Part shown: positions 23,061-32,367 of the stretch, in pieces
How positions within the stretch are numbered: position 1 is the first letter of the stretch
How the letters are laid out: every line of letters starts with the position of its first letter
NCBI GenBank assembly: GCA_035498555.1
Contig: DATKAB010000081.1
Location: 28,239 to 92,238 of the forward strand
DNA from: Candidatus Sulfotelmatobacter sp.
Lineage (GTDB): Bacteria > Eisenbacteria > RBG-16-71-46
Reading direction: 5' to 3'
DNA: 64,000 bases
Translations under genes and position numbers: made by a program
Notes under the pieces: model-generated
Seen by the model: the letters and a program-made list of their open reading frames with translations, nothing else
Database searches by the model: none
What the model was told of the DNA's origin: nothing

Positions 23061-23498
23061 CTATTGACCGGTGGAGAGGACCAGGTTCAGGGAATCGCCC
23101 AGCGGGCCATTGCCCTTGATCTGGTAGGTGCTGATCTGCGCCGGATTGATGCCCAGCTCCCCGGGGTGGCCGCTGGTCGGATTGGCGTTGAACATGACCA
23201 CCGAGGCTGCGTGGGTAAAGGGATTGAGCGGGTAGGTCCCGGTCGGGCAGAGTTGAGCGAGGGTCCGTCCATCGGGGACCGTCGAAGCCGCCGAGGTGGG
23301 GTAGAAGCCGTCGTTCAGAACCGAGAAGTCTTCCATGATCAACTGCATCGTGTGCATGTTGCTCTTGACGCTGGCCTCATCGGCCCGGTGCCGCATCGAG
23401 ATGAAGTTGGGGATCGCGATCGCCGCCAGGATCCCGATGATCACCACTACGATCATCAGCTCGATCAGCGTGAAGCCCCGATTGTCTTGCGTTCTCAT
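23061..23498 (-). CDS. pilA: type IVa pilin (prepilin N-terminal cleavage/methylation domain)
   Basis: I start at ATG 23498. MRTQDNRG|FTLIELMIVVVIIGILAAIAIPNF has G-1, F+1 and E+5. 145 aa, a single Cys, C-terminus ...YQIKGNGPLGDSLNLVLSTGQ. Confidence 0.85.
   Translation of the reverse strand: MRTQDNRGFTLIELMIVVVIIGILAAIAIPNFISMRHRADEASVKSNMHTMQLIMEDFSVLNDGFYPTSAASTVPDGRTLAQLCPTGTYPLNPFTHAASVVMFNANPTSGHPGELGINPAQISTYQIKGNGPLGDSLNLVLSTGQ
23401..23477. repeat. 77-nt segment ~92% identical to 24114-24190 (pilin N-terminal helix coding region)
   Basis: I aligned it by eye with 24114-24190 and found 6 mismatches in 77 nt. It encodes GFTLIELMIVVVIIGILAAIAIPNFI in both genes. Confidence 0.8.
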
Positions 23499-23546
23499 GA
23501 TCGGACTCCGTTCACATGCCACCACGGCATTCGATCCAGAAATAGC

Positions 23547-23561
23547 GCAACTGGTGTGCCA
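23547..23561 (-). promoter_or_regulatory. sigma-54 (-24/-12) promoter for pilin gene 1
   Basis: The - strand reads TGGCACACCAGTTGC, a perfect match to TGGCAC-N5-TTGC. It lies ~49 nt upstream of ATG 23498, and a sigma-54 enhancer-binding protein (pilR) is encoded in the same locus. Confidence 0.7.
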
Positions 23562-23732
23562 CGCGCCGGTGAAGCGAATCAATGAGTTGCGCGAGCGGAG
23601 CTGAACAATTTCCCGCGCATTCCGCATCGGCGATGCAAATTGAGAGACCACCAGGATGACCAGGCGGACCTCCCCATCGCGCGCTGCCCCGGAGTTTGCC
23701 CCGCACCTGGGAACGGCGCCCGGAAACACGAA

Positions 23733-23756
23733 GGGGCGGGACTTTCGTCCCGCCCC
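23733..23756 (-). terminator. intrinsic-terminator-like hairpin after pilin gene 2
   Basis: GGGGCGGGAC-(4 nt)-GTCCCGCCCC, a perfect 10-bp stem 21 nt after the stop at 23777. On the - strand it is followed by TTCGTGTTTCC. Confidence 0.5.
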
Positions 23757-23776
23757 GGCGTGAGACTGCTTCGAGC

Positions 23777-24208
23777 TTACTGACCGGCGGTGAGCACCAG
23801 GGTCAGCGCGGCGCTCTTGCCATAGCCCTTGATCGAGTAGGTGTTCAGCGACGAGTCCGCGTACGACACGATGCCCGAAGGACCGGTGTTCGCGGTCAGC
23901 GTGCTGCCCAGGTCTTCCCACGCCTGGTTGGGGCCGACGGTCTGGTCGAACGGGTTCTTGAAGTTCGCGCCCGCCGAAGGCAGCAGGGTCGCGACGCTGT
24001 CCGCCACGTCGGCGTAGGCGCCGTCGTGCTGCACGCCCCAGTCCTCAGCCGAGAGCTGGAAGGTGTGCATGTTGGCCTTGGTCGAGCCTTCCTTCGCGCG
24101 GTTCTGCATCGCGATGAAGTTCGGGATCGCGATCGCCGCGAGAATACCGATGATGACCACGACGATCATCAGCTCGATCAGCGTGAAGCCCTTCTGATTC
24201 CGGAACAT
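23777..24208 (-). CDS. pilA: type IVa pilin (prepilin N-terminal cleavage/methylation domain)
   Basis: I start at ATG 24208. MFRNQKG|FTLIELMIVVVIIGILAAIAIPNF. 143 aa, no Cys, C-terminus ...YSIKGYGKSAALTLVLTAGQ. A paralog of the gene at 23061-23498. Confidence 0.85.
   Translation of the reverse strand: MFRNQKGFTLIELMIVVVIIGILAAIAIPNFIAMQNRAKEGSTKANMHTFQLSAEDWGVQHDGAYADVADSVATLLPSAGANFKNPFDQTVGPNQAWEDLGSTLTANTGPSGIVSYADSSLNTYSIKGYGKSAALTLVLTAGQ
24114..24190. repeat. 77-nt segment ~92% identical to 23401-23477
   Basis: See the partner repeat. This is the duplicated pilin N-terminal coding region. Confidence 0.8.
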
Positions 24209-24276
24209 TGCTGACTCCTCCTGTTGGGTTTCCGGGGTCGCCTCGACTTGATGATCGCCCCTCGGAATCCGCATGC

Positions 24277-24292
24277 TGCAGAGCGCATGCCA
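24277..24292 (-). promoter_or_regulatory. sigma-54 (-24/-12) promoter for pilin gene 2
   Basis: The - strand reads TGGCATGCGCTCTGCA, with GG and GC elements at the canonical 10-nt spacing. It differs from TGGCAC-N5-TTGCA at two positions and lies ~70 nt upstream of ATG 24208. Confidence 0.6.
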
Positions 24293-24490
24293 ACGAGCAT
24301 TCTCGCGTCTCTCGGCTCTGCTAACCGCCTGCCCGGTCTGTGATTGCGCCCCCGGTCCGAGTCTTTGCATCTCAACGAGGTGCTCGATTCTGCGGGCAAA
24401 CTTCAACCATCCCGGGACTGCTGCTTGCACTTTGCGCAGGCCGCGCGAATTGCACGCTTCGAGGGAAAGGCCCCCTCCGCGATCGAGCCG

Positions 24491-25906
<1,416 letters not shown>

Positions 25907-25943
25907 CGCCTTCACCTCGTTCCGGTCGTGAACAGGCGTCGCG

Positions 25944-27677
25944 TCACGCCGCCTGCAATGCGTGCACACCCGCGGCGGGCAGCGTCACCCGAGCGGTCGT
26001 CCCTTTTCCCAGTTCGCTCTCCAGCACCAGCGTGCCGCCATGGCGCTCGACGATGCGCTGCGCGATCGCGAGCCCCAACCCGGTGCCTCCCTGCTTGGTG
26101 GTGAAGAACGGCTGCGCCACCTGCGCGAGATCTCCGGGTGCAATGCCACTGCCCTGATCCTCGAACTCCACGAACACTCCTTCGCCGGCGGTGGGACGCC
26201 AGCGCACCGTGAGCTGACCGCGCGGGCCCATGGACTCGAACGCGTTGGCCGCCAGATTCAGCCATACCTGCCGGAGCTGTTCGCGGTCCACCCGCACCAC
26301 GGCGTCCGCATCCGGCCGGTCCAGCTTCACCGCCACCTCCTGACCGCGCCGCGGATCGCGCCGCAGATCGTCACAGAGTGCGCCCAGGTGCTCGTCGAGC
26401 GAGAGCGGCTCCTTCACCAGATCGCGCTCCTTGGTGTAGGTGAGCAGATCGGTCACGAAGCGATGCAACCTCGTGCATTCGCGACTGATCAGATCCATGA
26501 GCACCGCGTGCTCGGAGTCCAGCGTCAAATCCCTCTGCAGCAGTTCCACCGAACCGCTGATCGGGTTGAGGCCGTTGCGCAGTTCGTGGGCGATGCCGGC
26601 CGCCAGCGCGCCGACCTCGGCCAGCGTCTGGTTGCGGCGGGCCAGCCGCTCCATCTCGCGCACCTCGCTCAGGTCCTGGAACACCACCACCACTCCGGAG
26701 ACCACCCCGTCGTGCTCCAGCATGTTGGTGCTGGCGCCGACCGGCAGCGGCCGCCCGGACACCCCGCGCATCATCAGCTCGACGCGCACGCGCTGGGCGC
26801 CCTCCTCCAGCGTCTTTTGCACCAGGTCACGCAGGGCCGACAGCCGCTCGGGAAGCGCCTCGGCCGCCGAACGGCCGCGCAGCTCGAGGCCCCGCAGCCC
26901 GAGCACCTGCTCGGCGGCCGGATTCAGGAAGGTGATGGTGCCGCGCTCGTCCACCGTCAGCACCCCGCTGGCGAGATGGCGCAGGATCACGTCGTTGTCC
27001 ACCCTCACGCGATTCAGCTCGCGGGCGGTGCGATGCAGGGCGTCGCGGGTCTTCTGGACGCGCTCGCCGAGCAGCCCCGAGAGCACGCCGACGATCGCCA
27101 GGAACGCCACCACCATGCTCGGGCGGAGAATCGCCGGCGTCCCCGCGTCGGGCAGCGGCGCGCCGCAGATCCGCACCACCCAGGGCAGCGCAACGAAAGA
27201 GAGGCACGTCGCGACCGCGGTGAGCACCCCTCCCGGCATCCGGCCCATCAGGCCGCCGGTGATCACCACCAGCACGTAGAACAGCACGAACTGGCTGTCG
27301 CGGCCGCCGGTCCAGGTCGAGAGCGCGGTGACCAGCAGCACGTCGCCGGCGAGCTGCAGCGACAGCTGCGCCGACAGCCCCTTCTGCATGCGCACGCCGA
27401 TCCCGTAGGCGGCGGACAGCAGCCCCACCGCCAGCAGCGACCACCACAGCACCCACCAGCTCGACTCGGTGGCCTCGGGACGCAACAGTACCCCCACCGG
27501 CAGCGCCAGCGTCGCGACCAGCAGGCGCGCGCGCACCAGCGAGGCGAGCCCCGCCCAGCGGTCCGAGGCCCGCCGGCCGCCGGAAGGCGTCGCCTCGGCC
27601 GCGGCGGGCTTGGCACCCGCTGCAGCCAGAGCGTGCTCGCCCGCCGCGCCGACCGGTTGGAGTTGCGGCTTCGACAT
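25944..27677 (-). CDS. pilS: sensor histidine kinase, PilS-like (polytopic N-terminus, PAS, HisKA, HATPase_c)
   Basis: 577 aa. About 6 TM in the first 200 aa, PAS-like GVLTVDERGTITFLNPAAEQVLG, H-box LAAGIAHELRNGLNPI, then NLAANAFE, DQGSGI and GGTGLGLAIA. Confidence 0.75.
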   Translation of the reverse strand: MSKPQLQPVGAAGEHALAAAGAKPAAAEATPSGGRRASDRWAGLASLVRARLLVATLALPVGVLLRPEATESSWWVLWWSLLAVGLLSAAYGIGVRMQKGLSAQLSLQLAGDVLLVTALSTWTGGRDSQFVLFYVLVVITGGLMGRMPGGVLTAVATCLSFVALPWVVRICGAPLPDAGTPAILRPSMVVAFLAIVGVLSGLLGERVQKTRDALHRTARELNRVRVDNDVILRHLASGVLTVDERGTITFLNPAAEQVLGLRGLELRGRSAAEALPERLSALRDLVQKTLEEGAQRVRVELMMRGVSGRPLPVGASTNMLEHDGVVSGVVVVFQDLSEVREMERLARRNQTLAEVGALAAGIAHELRNGLNPISGSVELLQRDLTLDSEHAVLMDLISRECTRLHRFVTDLLTYTKERDLVKEPLSLDEHLGALCDDLRRDPRRGQEVAVKLDRPDADAVVRVDREQLRQVWLNLAANAFESMGPRGQLTVRWRPTAGEGVFVEFEDQGSGIAPGDLAQVAQPFFTTKQGGTGLGLAIAQRIVERHGGTLVLESELGKGTTARVTLPAAGVHALQAA

Positions 27678-28894
27678 CAGTGGTTGCCTCCGGAGACCAC
27701 CGAGATCAGCTTGAACATCGGCAGGTACATGGCGACCACCATGCCGCCGACGATGCCGCCCATGACCACGATCATGACCGGCTCGATGATCGAGGTCAGG
27801 GTGTCCACGGCGGTGTCCACCTCGGCCTCGTAGAAGACCGCGATCTTGGTGAGCATCTCGTCGAGCGCGCCGGTCTGCTCACCCACCGAGATCATCTGCA
27901 CCACCATCGGCGGGAACACGCCCGAGGTCTTGAGCGGCGCCGACACCGTCTCGCCCTCTCGGATAGAGGCGCGCGCCGTCATGATGGCCTCGGCGATGAT
28001 CTTGTTGCCCGCGGTGCGGGCGGTGATCTCGAGGCCAGCCAGAATCGGCACGCCCGAGGCGATCAGCGTTCCCAGCGTACGCGTGAAGCGGGCCACCGCG
28101 CCCTTCAGGAGCACGTCGCCCAGCACCGGGAACTTGAGCATGGCGCCGTCCACGATGCGCTTGCCGTTCTCGGTGGCGTAGTACCGCTGGAACGCAATGA
28201 ATCCGGCCACCAGGATCAACAGGCCAACCCACCAGAAATGCTGCAGCAGGTTCGAGAGGGTGAGCACGATCTTGGTGGGAAGCGGCAGCTCGCCGCCGAA
28301 GTCGCTGAACATCTTGGCAAAGGTCGGGATGATGAAGATCAGCATGAACGAGGTGGCGCCCAGCGCGACCGTCAACACCACCGCCGGATACACCATGGCG
28401 CTCTGGATCTTGCGCTTGAGGGCGTCGGCCTTCTCGATATAGGTCGCGAGACGCATGAGGATCTCGTCGAGCACGCCGCCCGCTTCGCCGGCCGCCACCA
28501 TGTTGCGGAACAGGTCGTCGAAGACCTGCCTGTGCTTGCCGAGCGCGTCGGAGAGGGTCGAGCCCGATTCCACCTCGCGGGTCACCTCGCCGATCACCCG
28601 GCCGAACGACGGCTTGCTCGACTGCTTGGCGAGAATGTCCAGGCACTGGACCAACGGCAGACCGGCCGAGATCATGGTCGCGAACTGCCGGGTGAAGATC
28701 GCCAGGTCCTTGGTGGACACGCCGGCCCCGCCGAATTTCGGCAGGTTGAAGCCGCCGGTCTTCGGCCGCAGCGACGTGATGAGGATTTTCTTCTTGCGGA
28801 GGATGTCGAGGGCCTCTTCCTGACGGCCGACCTCGATCTCACCCGTCTGGGCTTCGCCGGCGAGCGTGCGCCCCTTCCAAACAAAGACCGCCAT
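27677..28894 (-). CDS. pilC: type IV pilus platform protein PilC (GspF family)
   Basis: 405 aa. Two GspF repeats, ...ISAGLPLVQCLDIL... and ...IASGVPILAGLEIT...ISVGEQTGALDEML. The stop overlaps the pilS ATG by 1 nt. Confidence 0.9.
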   Translation of the reverse strand: MAVFVWKGRTLAGEAQTGEIEVGRQEEALDILRKKKILITSLRPKTGGFNLPKFGGAGVSTKDLAIFTRQFATMISAGLPLVQCLDILAKQSSKPSFGRVIGEVTREVESGSTLSDALGKHRQVFDDLFRNMVAAGEAGGVLDEILMRLATYIEKADALKRKIQSAMVYPAVVLTVALGATSFMLIFIIPTFAKMFSDFGGELPLPTKIVLTLSNLLQHFWWVGLLILVAGFIAFQRYYATENGKRIVDGAMLKFPVLGDVLLKGAVARFTRTLGTLIASGVPILAGLEITARTAGNKIIAEAIMTARASIREGETVSAPLKTSGVFPPMVVQMISVGEQTGALDEMLTKIAVFYEAEVDTAVDTLTSIIEPVMIVVMGGIVGGMVVAMYLPMFKLISVVSGGNH

Positions 28895-28903
28895 CGTGTC
28901 CTC

Positions 28904-29980
28904 CTATGCCGCAGCGCGCAGGACCTTGCTGAGCATCGTGTCGAGCTCGACTCGGTCCGTGCTGCGATCCAGCGCATCCTCGGGCGTGAGCTGCTTGTCG
29001 AGCACCGCCTGCATCAGCGACTGATTCATGGTCTGCATCCCGAACTTCTGGCCCGCCTGCATCAGGCTGTAGATCTGGTGGGTCTTGCCCTCGCGGATCA
29101 CGGCCTTGATCGCCGGCGTGCACACCAGCACCTCGGCCACCATGATTCGGCCGCCACCGCGGCTCCGCGGAACCAGCTGCTGAGTCATGACCCCTTCGAG
29201 CGTGAACGCCAGCTGGGTGAGGATCTGCTTCTGCTGATCGGCCGGGAACACGTCGACGATGCGGTTCACCGCTTCGTACGTGCTGTTGGTGTGCAGGGTC
29301 GCGAACACCAGGTGGCCGGTCTCGGCGATGGTCAGGGCCGCCTCGATGGTCTCGAGATCGCGCATTTCACCGATCAGAATGATGTCGGGGTCCTGCCGGA
29401 GCACGTACTTGAGCGCGGTCGGGAACGAATTGGTGTCGGCGCCGATTTCGCGCTGATTGACGATGCACTTCTTGTGGTGATGGATGTACTCGATCGGGTC
29501 CTCGATCGTGATGATGTGGCTCTGTCGCGTCGAGTTGATGCGGTCGAGCATCGCCGCGAGGGTGGTCGACTTGCCGCTGCCGGTCGGACCGGTGATCAGG
29601 ATCATGCCCTTCTGCCGGGTGGTGAACTCCTTCACGATCGGCGGCAGTCCGAGCTTCTCCATCGGCAGGATCTCGTAGGGAATCTGGCGGATCGCCATGG
29701 TCACCACGCCGCGCTGCAAGTAGACGTTGGCGCGATAGCGCGACAGCCCCTTCACCCCGAACGAGAAGTCGAGCTCCTTGGTGGTCTCGAATCGCTTGCG
29801 CTGTTCGTCGGACAGCACGCTGTACGCGATCTGCGCGCACATCTCGGGGGTCAGCACCTCCGACTCCGACGGCACCACCGAACCGTCCACGCGGAACTCG
29901 GGCGGGACTCCGGCGGTGATGTGCAGGTCGGAAGCTTTGCGCTGCACCATGTCCTCGAGCAGCTGGCGAAGGGTGACCAC
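28904..29980 (-). CDS. pilT: twitching-motility retraction ATPase PilT
   Basis: GTG start at 29980, preceded by AAGGAGA. Walker A GPTGSGKSTT, ILIGEMRDLETI, ETGHLVFATLHTN, and the PilT-specific AIKAVIREGKTHQIYSLMQAG.KFGMQTM. Confidence 0.9.
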   Translation of the reverse strand: MVTLRQLLEDMVQRKASDLHITAGVPPEFRVDGSVVPSESEVLTPEMCAQIAYSVLSDEQRKRFETTKELDFSFGVKGLSRYRANVYLQRGVVTMAIRQIPYEILPMEKLGLPPIVKEFTTRQKGMILITGPTGSGKSTTLAAMLDRINSTRQSHIITIEDPIEYIHHHKKCIVNQREIGADTNSFPTALKYVLRQDPDIILIGEMRDLETIEAALTIAETGHLVFATLHTNSTYEAVNRIVDVFPADQQKQILTQLAFTLEGVMTQQLVPRSRGGGRIMVAEVLVCTPAIKAVIREGKTHQIYSLMQAGQKFGMQTMNQSLMQAVLDKQLTPEDALDRSTDRVELDTMLSKVLRAAA

Positions 29981-30006
29981 GACGTTCTCCTTTGTTGGGC
30001 TGCGGC

Positions 30007-31701
30007 CTAGAGCTTGTCGGCCGCGGTCTCCTTGAGCACTTCCTCGGTGGACGTGATGCCGCGCTTCAACTTCTCGAGAGCGTCGCGGCGCAACGTGAGC
30101 ATTCCCTCCTCGATCGCGAGCTTCTTGATCTCCCCCGCCGACGAGCGTTCCAGCACCAGCTCGCGCAGCTTGGAAGACATCGGCATGACCTCGTAGACGC
30201 CGGCGCGACCGCGATAGCCGGTGTTGTTGCACTCGATGCAGCCCTCGCCTTCGAAGAACGTGGCCTTGGCGGCCTCCTTGGGGTCGAGCTGCAACTCGTT
30301 CAGCACCTCCTCGCTCAGCTTGATCTGCTTGCGGCACTGGAGGCACACCTTGCGCACCAGACGCTGGGCGAGCACCAGGTTGATCGATGAGGCGACCAGG
30401 AAGGGCTCGATGCCCATGTCCACCATGCGGCCAATCGCGCTGGGCGCGTCGTTGGTGTGGAGGGTCGAGAGCACCAGGTGACCGGTGAGCGCGGCTTTGA
30501 CGGCAATCGAAGCGGTGTCGAGGTCACGGATCTCGCCGACCATGATGATGTTCGGGTCTTGCCGCAGGAATGCCTTGAGCGCCGCGGCGAAAGTGAGCCC
30601 GATGTCCTCGTGCACCAGCACCTGGTTGATGCCGTCGAGGTTGTACTCGACAGGGTCCTCGGCGGTCATCACGTTCACCTCGGGCGTGTTGACGCGCGAG
30701 AGCGCCGAGTAGAGCGTGGTCGTCTTTCCCGATCCCGTCGGTCCGGTGACCAGCACCATGCCGTAGGGATTGGCGATGGCGCCGGTGAATTCCTTCATCG
30801 CCATGGGCTCGAAGCCGAGCTTCTCCAGATCGATGTTGAGGTTGCCCTTGTCGAGAATTCGCATCACGATCTTCTCGCCGAAGATCGTGGGCAGCGACGA
30901 GACGCGCAGATCGATGGTGCGGTTCAGGACCTTGATCTTGATGCGGCCGTCCTGCGGCACGCGGCGCTCGGCGATGTCGAGTTCGGCCATGATCTTGAGG
31001 CGGGAAATGATCGCGGCCTTGAACTTGAAGGGCGGCGCCATCATCTCCTGCATGACGCCGTCGATGCGGAAGCGCACGCGCATCGTCTTCTCGTAGGGCT
31101 CGATGTGGATGTCCGAGGCGCCCTTGCGCACCGCATCGGCGATCAGCGAGTTGACCAGTTTGACGATCGGCGCCTCGTCGGCGGCGCTGAGCCCCGAATC
31201 GGCTTCGGAGGTGTCCTCCTCCTCGACGACCGACAGGTCCTCCTCGAAGCCCTTCATCACGTCGGCCATGGTTCCGGCCGAGTCGTAGGCCTTGTCGAGG
31301 GCCTTCTTGATCATGGTCTCGGAACCGACGCGCGCTTCGACGTCGTAGCCGGTGATGAACTTGATGTCGTCGATGGCGAAGATGTTGTTGGGATTGGCGA
31401 GCGCGACCACCAGCCGGCGGCCGCTGCGTGCCACCGGCAGCGCCATGAAGCGGGTCGCGACGTCGGCCGGCAGCAGCTTGGTGAGCGTGGGATCCGGCTC
31501 CACCGTGCGCAGATCGACGGACGGCACGCCGTAGTGGCGCGACAGGAACTCGAGCAGCGCCTCTTCGGAAATGGCGCCGCTCTTGACCAGATTGGCGCTC
31601 AGGGTCCCACCGGTCTGCTTCTGCTGCTGCTGGGCCTTGAGCAGTGCGGCCTCGTCGATGAGGCGCGCTTCCATCAAGTGCTGGGCGAGTTCTTCTTGCA
31701 C
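30007..31701 (-). CDS. pilB: type IV pilus extension ATPase PilB (GspE family)
   Basis: GTG 31701 (VQEELAQHLMEARLIDEAAL...) or ATG 31674. Walker A GPTGSGKTTT, MVGEIRDLDTA, LTGHLVLSTLHTN, tetra-Cys CLQC...CIECNNTGYRGR. Confidence 0.9.
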   Translation of the reverse strand: MQEELAQHLMEARLIDEAALLKAQQQQKQTGGTLSANLVKSGAISEEALLEFLSRHYGVPSVDLRTVEPDPTLTKLLPADVATRFMALPVARSGRRLVVALANPNNIFAIDDIKFITGYDVEARVGSETMIKKALDKAYDSAGTMADVMKGFEEDLSVVEEEDTSEADSGLSAADEAPIVKLVNSLIADAVRKGASDIHIEPYEKTMRVRFRIDGVMQEMMAPPFKFKAAIISRLKIMAELDIAERRVPQDGRIKIKVLNRTIDLRVSSLPTIFGEKIVMRILDKGNLNIDLEKLGFEPMAMKEFTGAIANPYGMVLVTGPTGSGKTTTLYSALSRVNTPEVNVMTAEDPVEYNLDGINQVLVHEDIGLTFAAALKAFLRQDPNIIMVGEIRDLDTASIAVKAALTGHLVLSTLHTNDAPSAIGRMVDMGIEPFLVASSINLVLAQRLVRKVCLQCRKQIKLSEEVLNELQLDPKEAAKATFFEGEGCIECNNTGYRGRAGVYEVMPMSSKLRELVLERSSAGEIKKLAIEEGMLTLRRDALEKLKRGITSTEEVLKETAADKL

Positions 31702-31942
31702 CGTGGCATTCCGCAGGCAGTGGCGGGCGCGCGGACCACACCCGGTCGGGCCGGGCCACTCCACGCGCACGCCGGTCGAGGGCCCATCGGGACGAAGCGA
31801 TCCGTCCCGCGTTCCATGACGGCGGCTCCGCACCTGGAATGGTTCACGCGGAGCGTGAGCACCCGGGGGTACGGAGTCGTCTCCGGTATCGGAACGACGC
31901 GTGCTCGACTGAACAGGAAACTGCACGGCGCGTGGCGGAAGA

Positions 31943-31961
31943 GTCGTGCAAGATGCACGAC
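31943..31961 (-). other. perfect 8-bp hairpin 2 nt after the comEA stop
   Basis: GTCGTGCA-(3 nt)-TGCACGAC. On the - strand it is followed by TCTTCC, which is not U-rich. It may be a transcript-end or processing element. Confidence 0.3.
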
Positions 31962-31963
31962 GA

Positions 31964-32335
31964 TCAGCCCGAGGAGACCCTCAGACGATCGCGAATCCGT
32001 GCCAGCAGCCGCGGCCCGATGCCCCGCACGGCACGAAGCTCCTCGACGCTTCGAAACGGCCCTTCGCGCTGGCGGTGATCACAGATCCGTCGCGCCAGCA
32101 CCGGCCCAATGCCCGGCAGCGACTCGAGTTCCTGGGCCGAGGCACGATTGAGATCGAGCGTGTCCGCGGGCTCGGCGGCCTGGGCCCGCGCCTCGATCGG
32201 TGCGCCGGAGGGCGCGGCGGGCGGCGCGGTCGCGGGTGTCTCGGGCCATCGCGCGCGCCCGAGATCCCAGGCCAGACCGGCCATTGCGATCACCAGCAGG
32301 AGTCGCACCCCCCGCCGCTCATCCGGGGTCAGCAC
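31964..32335 (-). CDS. comEA: ComEA-like helix-hairpin-helix DNA-binding protein
   Basis: 123 aa. N-terminal TM, then LDLNRASAQELESLPGIGPVLARRICDHR...GPFRSVEELRAVRGIGPRLLARI (two HhH motifs). Confidence 0.8.
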   Translation of the reverse strand: MLTPDERRGVRLLLVIAMAGLAWDLGRARWPETPATAPPAAPSGAPIEARAQAAEPADTLDLNRASAQELESLPGIGPVLARRICDHRQREGPFRSVEELRAVRGIGPRLLARIRDRLRVSSG

Positions 32336-32367
32336 ATCCGGAACTCCCCAGCGGGGACGGTGACGCG

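Noticed and set aside
31674-31958. 94-aa - strand ORF in the comEA-pilB gap as a small protein gene.
   Set aside because: The sequence is Arg/Pro/Cys-rich with no Shine-Dalgarno, and it overlaps the probable pilB start region. It is more likely non-coding leader sequence.
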